Source: Myxococcota bacterium
Lineage (GTDB): Bacteria > Myxococcota > UBA4151
NCBI GenBank assembly: GCA_040260805.1
Contig: JBDQPD010000028.1
Span: forward strand, 1 to 36,477
Length of the DNA stretch: 36,477 bases
Direction of reading: 5' to 3'
Under the pieces are notes generated by a model. That model was not told the origin of the DNA. It saw only the letters and a program-made list of their open reading frames with translations, and did no database searches. Positions within the stretch are counted from its first letter, which is position 1. Each line of letters opens with the position of its first letter. The position numbers and the translations under genes are program-made. Positions 33,692 through 36,477 of this stretch are shown one piece after another.

Positions 33692-34263
33692 AATAGACTC
33701 CATCCTAGATGCATCAAATAGGCGAAAAATAGGGTCCTGAGTAGGCGCACCCAGCTCGCCGCAAAGCAATGCCAAAATGGTAGCCTGAGCGCGCCCGAAC
33801 TCCAGTTGATCGCCGAATAAGGAAAGGGCGTCAGCGCGCCAAAGGCGACAAAGAGTGCCCCGAATCGATTGAGCTTGGCCATCCAGGGTTTGTTGGCCAC
33901 GCGCTTGTAGATCTTGAAGCGACGATCGAGCAGCGCGCCGTGGGCGTAGCCAAAAGGTCCTGCGAGCGAGCTCGCGGTGCCGCTCACGATCGCTAATTCA
34001 AACCAAGGTCCGCCGGCAGCTAGGGCGAGAAAGAGAACCGTCTCAAAAGGAAAGCCAGGCGTGTACGTGTCGATCAGCAGCACGGTGACGCCTAAGCCGA
34101 TTAAACCATACTGCGCATAGAGCACGCCACCGACTGCGCTGAGCTGTTCGCGGCCCAGGTAAGAAGCCAGCGCTGCGGCTGCAAACAAGCCAATCCACAG
34201 GGCTAAAAGTTTGCCCCAGGGGATCTGTGAAGCCAGCTCGCTGATCGGTTCGTTCGCGTTCAC
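33688..34263 (-). CDS. DedA/VTT (SNARE-associated) family membrane protein
   Basis: Hydrophobic protein with PGFPFE, S..G..GY..G, and ALTPFPYS.....GAL.LPFW.....S..R patterns. Confidence 0.75.
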   Translation of the reverse strand: MNANEPISELASQIPWGKLLALWIGLFAAAALASYLGREQLSAVGGVLYAQYGLIGLGVTVLLIDTYTPGFPFETVLFLALAAGGPWFELAIVSGTASSLAGPFGYAHGALLDRRFKIYKRVANKPWMAKLNRFGALFVAFGALTPFPYSAINWSSGALRLPFWHCFAASWVRLLRTLFFAYLMHLGWSLF

Positions 34264-34337
34264 GCTCAGCCTCGGTGGTCAAAAGCACATCGCAGGCGTT
34301 ATGGCAGCCCCACCAAGCTGACAAGGGAGCACACCCG

Positions 34338-35330
34338 ATGGCCTATGGCTCAAAAATTCTCGGAACCGGCATGCATCACCCCGAACGAGAGGTGAGCAAC
34401 CATGATCTGGCTCAGATTATGGACACCTCTGACGAGTGGATTCAACAGCGCTCAGGCATTGTGACTCGTCGTTTTGTCGATGAAGGAACCAACACCTCAG
34501 ATTTAGCTTATGAGGCGAGCAAAGAGGCGCTTGAACGCGCAGAGCTTCAGCCTTCTGATCTGGATCTGATCTTGGTCGCCAGTTTTACCTCCGATCATTT
34601 CTTTCCTGGGGTCAGCTCGTTTCTCCAAGAAAAGCTCGGCTGCGACACCACGCCGGCCATGGACCTCAAGGTCCAATGCACTGGCTTTGTGTATGCACTC
34701 AAGACAGCCCACGCCTTTATCGCCTCGGGTCAGTACGAGCGGGTCTTGGTGGTTGGCGCTGAGGTGCACAGTCATGGGCTCGAGTTTACCGACCGAGGCC
34801 GCGACACGGCGGTCTTGTTTGGTGATGGTGCGGGCGCGCTGATTTTAGGTCGCGACGAACAAGAGCATCTCTTGGATGTGACTTTGCATGCCCAAGGTGA
34901 GCACGCCAAACGCTTGTGGATGGAAGCGCCTGGCTTAGCCTATAAGCCCTTGATCAGCGCAGAGATGATCGAAGCGGGGATGATGTTTCCTAAGATGGAT
35001 GGTCGTTTCGTCTTCAAGCATGCGGTGACTCGAATGCCTGAGGTTTTGATGGGGAGCTTAGCCAAAGCCGGCGTGGCTCTAGACGACGTCGATCACTTCT
35101 TGTTCCACCAAGCCAATCTACGGATCAATCAAATGGTGGCTCACCGGTTAAAGATTCCGGCGGATAAGGTGCCGAGCAATATCGAGCGCTTTGGCAACAC
35201 CTCGGCGGCGACCATTCCGACCTTGCTCGCTGAGTGCGTCCGTGAGGGGCGAATCAAGCGCGGCGATGTGATCGCGATGGCTGGATTTGGTTCCGGCTTC
35301 ACCTGGGGCGGCGGGGTTCTACGTTACTAG
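34338..35330 (+). CDS. fabH: 3-oxoacyl-ACP synthase III
   Basis: DTSDEWIQQRSGI, catalytic QCTGF, LFGDGAGA, HQAN.RI, GNTSAA and GFGSGFTWG. ATG 34338 with a GGGAG RBS. Confidence 0.95.
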   Translation: MAYGSKILGTGMHHPEREVSNHDLAQIMDTSDEWIQQRSGIVTRRFVDEGTNTSDLAYEASKEALERAELQPSDLDLILVASFTSDHFFPGVSSFLQEKLGCDTTPAMDLKVQCTGFVYALKTAHAFIASGQYERVLVVGAEVHSHGLEFTDRGRDTAVLFGDGAGALILGRDEQEHLLDVTLHAQGEHAKRLWMEAPGLAYKPLISAEMIEAGMMFPKMDGRFVFKHAVTRMPEVLMGSLAKAGVALDDVDHFLFHQANLRINQMVAHRLKIPADKVPSNIERFGNTSAATIPTLLAECVREGRIKRGDVIAMAGFGSGFTWGGGVLRY

Positions 35331-35337
35331 CGGCTTC

Positions 35338-35372
35338 AAAAAAGGCGAGTGCCCGACCTAAGCCGGGCACTC
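35338..35372 (-). terminator. Rho-independent terminator (possibly bidirectional) between convergent fabH and the PPC-repeat gene
   Basis: 9-bp stem GAGTGCCCG/CGGGCACTC (35347-35355 and 35364-35372) followed on the minus strand by GCC-TTTTTT. Confidence 0.7.
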
Positions 35373-35472
35373 ATGCTGCAGCAGGTCCACTACCGATAGG
35401 CAGTTTATGCAGCTGGAGGGCTGATCCTCACCCCGGTCTTCGGACCGGCCATGAGAAACCTTTAGGTTTATT

Positions 35473-36477
35473 TTAGGGTGCTTGAACGACCGGGCCAAGG
35501 TGGAGCACATAGTCCCCTGTATTGGAGCCTGAAAACCCACGCACTTTGATGAGATAGGACTGGCCAGCCGTGAGCTCGTGGCGGATCTGGCAGTTCAACC
35601 GATCGCCGTCATCGTCGCTCGTTGCCAGCTCGTTGCCTTGCCCATCAAAGAGGTGACAGTAGGTGTCGATTTCACTGGCGGTATGAATCTGGCGCTCGCC
35701 GCTCTCGCTCGCTGTAAAGCGAAAGAAGTCCTCATCGGCTTCGATCAGGTTGCCCTCGGTCGTCGAGGGGTCTTGGATCGCGTGGGCGTTCTCGATGTCG
35801 TTGCCGAAGTCATCTTCGATCACGCAGTTTGCGTCACAGCCATCGCCATCGACGACGTTGCCATCATCGCAGGCCTCGTTTCGCTCGAGCTCACCATTGC
35901 CGCACACCGGCGGGATCAGATAACGCACGGACACCGCGTAGGCACCCACTCGGGTTTCGCTGAAGCCTCTGATCTTGAGAAAGTAGCGGGTCCCGGCCTC
36001 GAGCTCTTCGATCAGCTCGCAGTTTAGGCTCTCCCCGCCATCGTCGTTGGTTGCGATCTCTTCGCCGTTGGCGTCTTCGAGGTGGCAATAGGTGTCGGTC
36101 GTGCCGGTGGTTCCCATTTGGTACTCGCCAGCCTGATCGGTGGTAAACGCGTAGTAGTCGACATCACCGCCAGCATTGATCGCTGATTCAACGGAGGCGT
36201 CGAGCGCGAGCTGGGCGGCTTGTTCACGCACGTCGGCTTGTTGATCATCTCCAAGCTCAGGCTGGCAATTCGAGTCGCAACCATCACCCCCTACTGTGTT
36301 GCCGTCATCGCAGCCTTCACCGATGTTGCGCTCACCGTCGCCGCAGGCGCCGCCCTCTGGACCTTCGTCGCGTGCTTGGAGCTGGACCATGTAGCGTGAG
36401 GGGACTTCGCCTTCTTCGAGCGCTACGCTGAGGTGGTAGACGCCTGGCGTCAGCGTCAAAATAGCGCCGCAGAGGCC
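35473..36477 (-). CDS. Surface protein with alternating PPC-like domains and Myxococcus Cys-rich repeats, 5'-truncated by the window edge
   Basis: The frame is open to the window end. Two CG[DN]G...E.CDDGN repeats, each followed by a D.D[YF][YF].F...DTYCHL.D..G.E.AT.DD.G..LNC domain. Confidence 0.85.
   Translation of the reverse strand, partial: GLCGAILTLTPGVYHLSVALEEGEVPSRYMVQLQARDEGPEGGACGDGERNIGEGCDDGNTVGGDGCDSNCQPELGDDQQADVREQAAQLALDASVESAINAGGDVDYYAFTTDQAGEYQMGTTGTTDTYCHLEDANGEEIATNDDGGESLNCELIEELEAGTRYFLKIRGFSETRVGAYAVSVRYLIPPVCGNGELERNEACDDGNVVDGDGCDANCVIEDDFGNDIENAHAIQDPSTTEGNLIEADEDFFRFTASESGERQIHTASEIDTYCHLFDGQGNELATSDDDGDRLNCQIRHELTAGQSYLIKVRGFSGSNTGDYVLHLGPVVQAP

Noticed and set aside
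35400..35460. Hammerhead, twister or fluoride-riboswitch identity for the structured spacer
   Set aside because: Required cores (CUGAnGA…GAAA; GAUGG…GCUGAUG) are not matched.

Overview
This is a GC-rich, gene-dense window that looks like a Myxococcota (myxobacterium-like, probably uncultured) chromosome. The assignment is inferred from Myxococcus-type cysteine-rich repeats, a MYXO-CTERM-like anchor and many Cys-rich lipoproteins. Housekeeping genes include ilvE, solA, a MATE transporter, a POT transporter, a GNAT, hemE-hemY-hemA, gloB, a DedA/VTT protein and fabH. They are interleaved with about a dozen secreted or lipoprotein surface proteins. The strongest signal is a candidate actinobacterial-style sterol-catabolism regulon. 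Three 14-bp palindromes matching the KstR operator TnnAACnnGTTnnA (3197-3210, 3254-3267, 11481-11494) lie in the divergent promoter regions of a CYP125/CYP142-like P450 with an EchA19-like hydratase, and of a KshA/Neverland-like Rieske oxygenase with a secreted START/SRPBCC protein. Other highlights are three clustered 'shared Cys-repeat stalk + unrelated head' surface proteins, a POT transporter with a GspG-pseudopilin-like insert, a signal-less LysM/CHAP-like peptidoglycan hydrolase, and a structured intergenic RNA candidate. I saw no rRNA, tRNA, CRISPR array or mobile element. All calls come from motif recognition by eye; no database searches were run.
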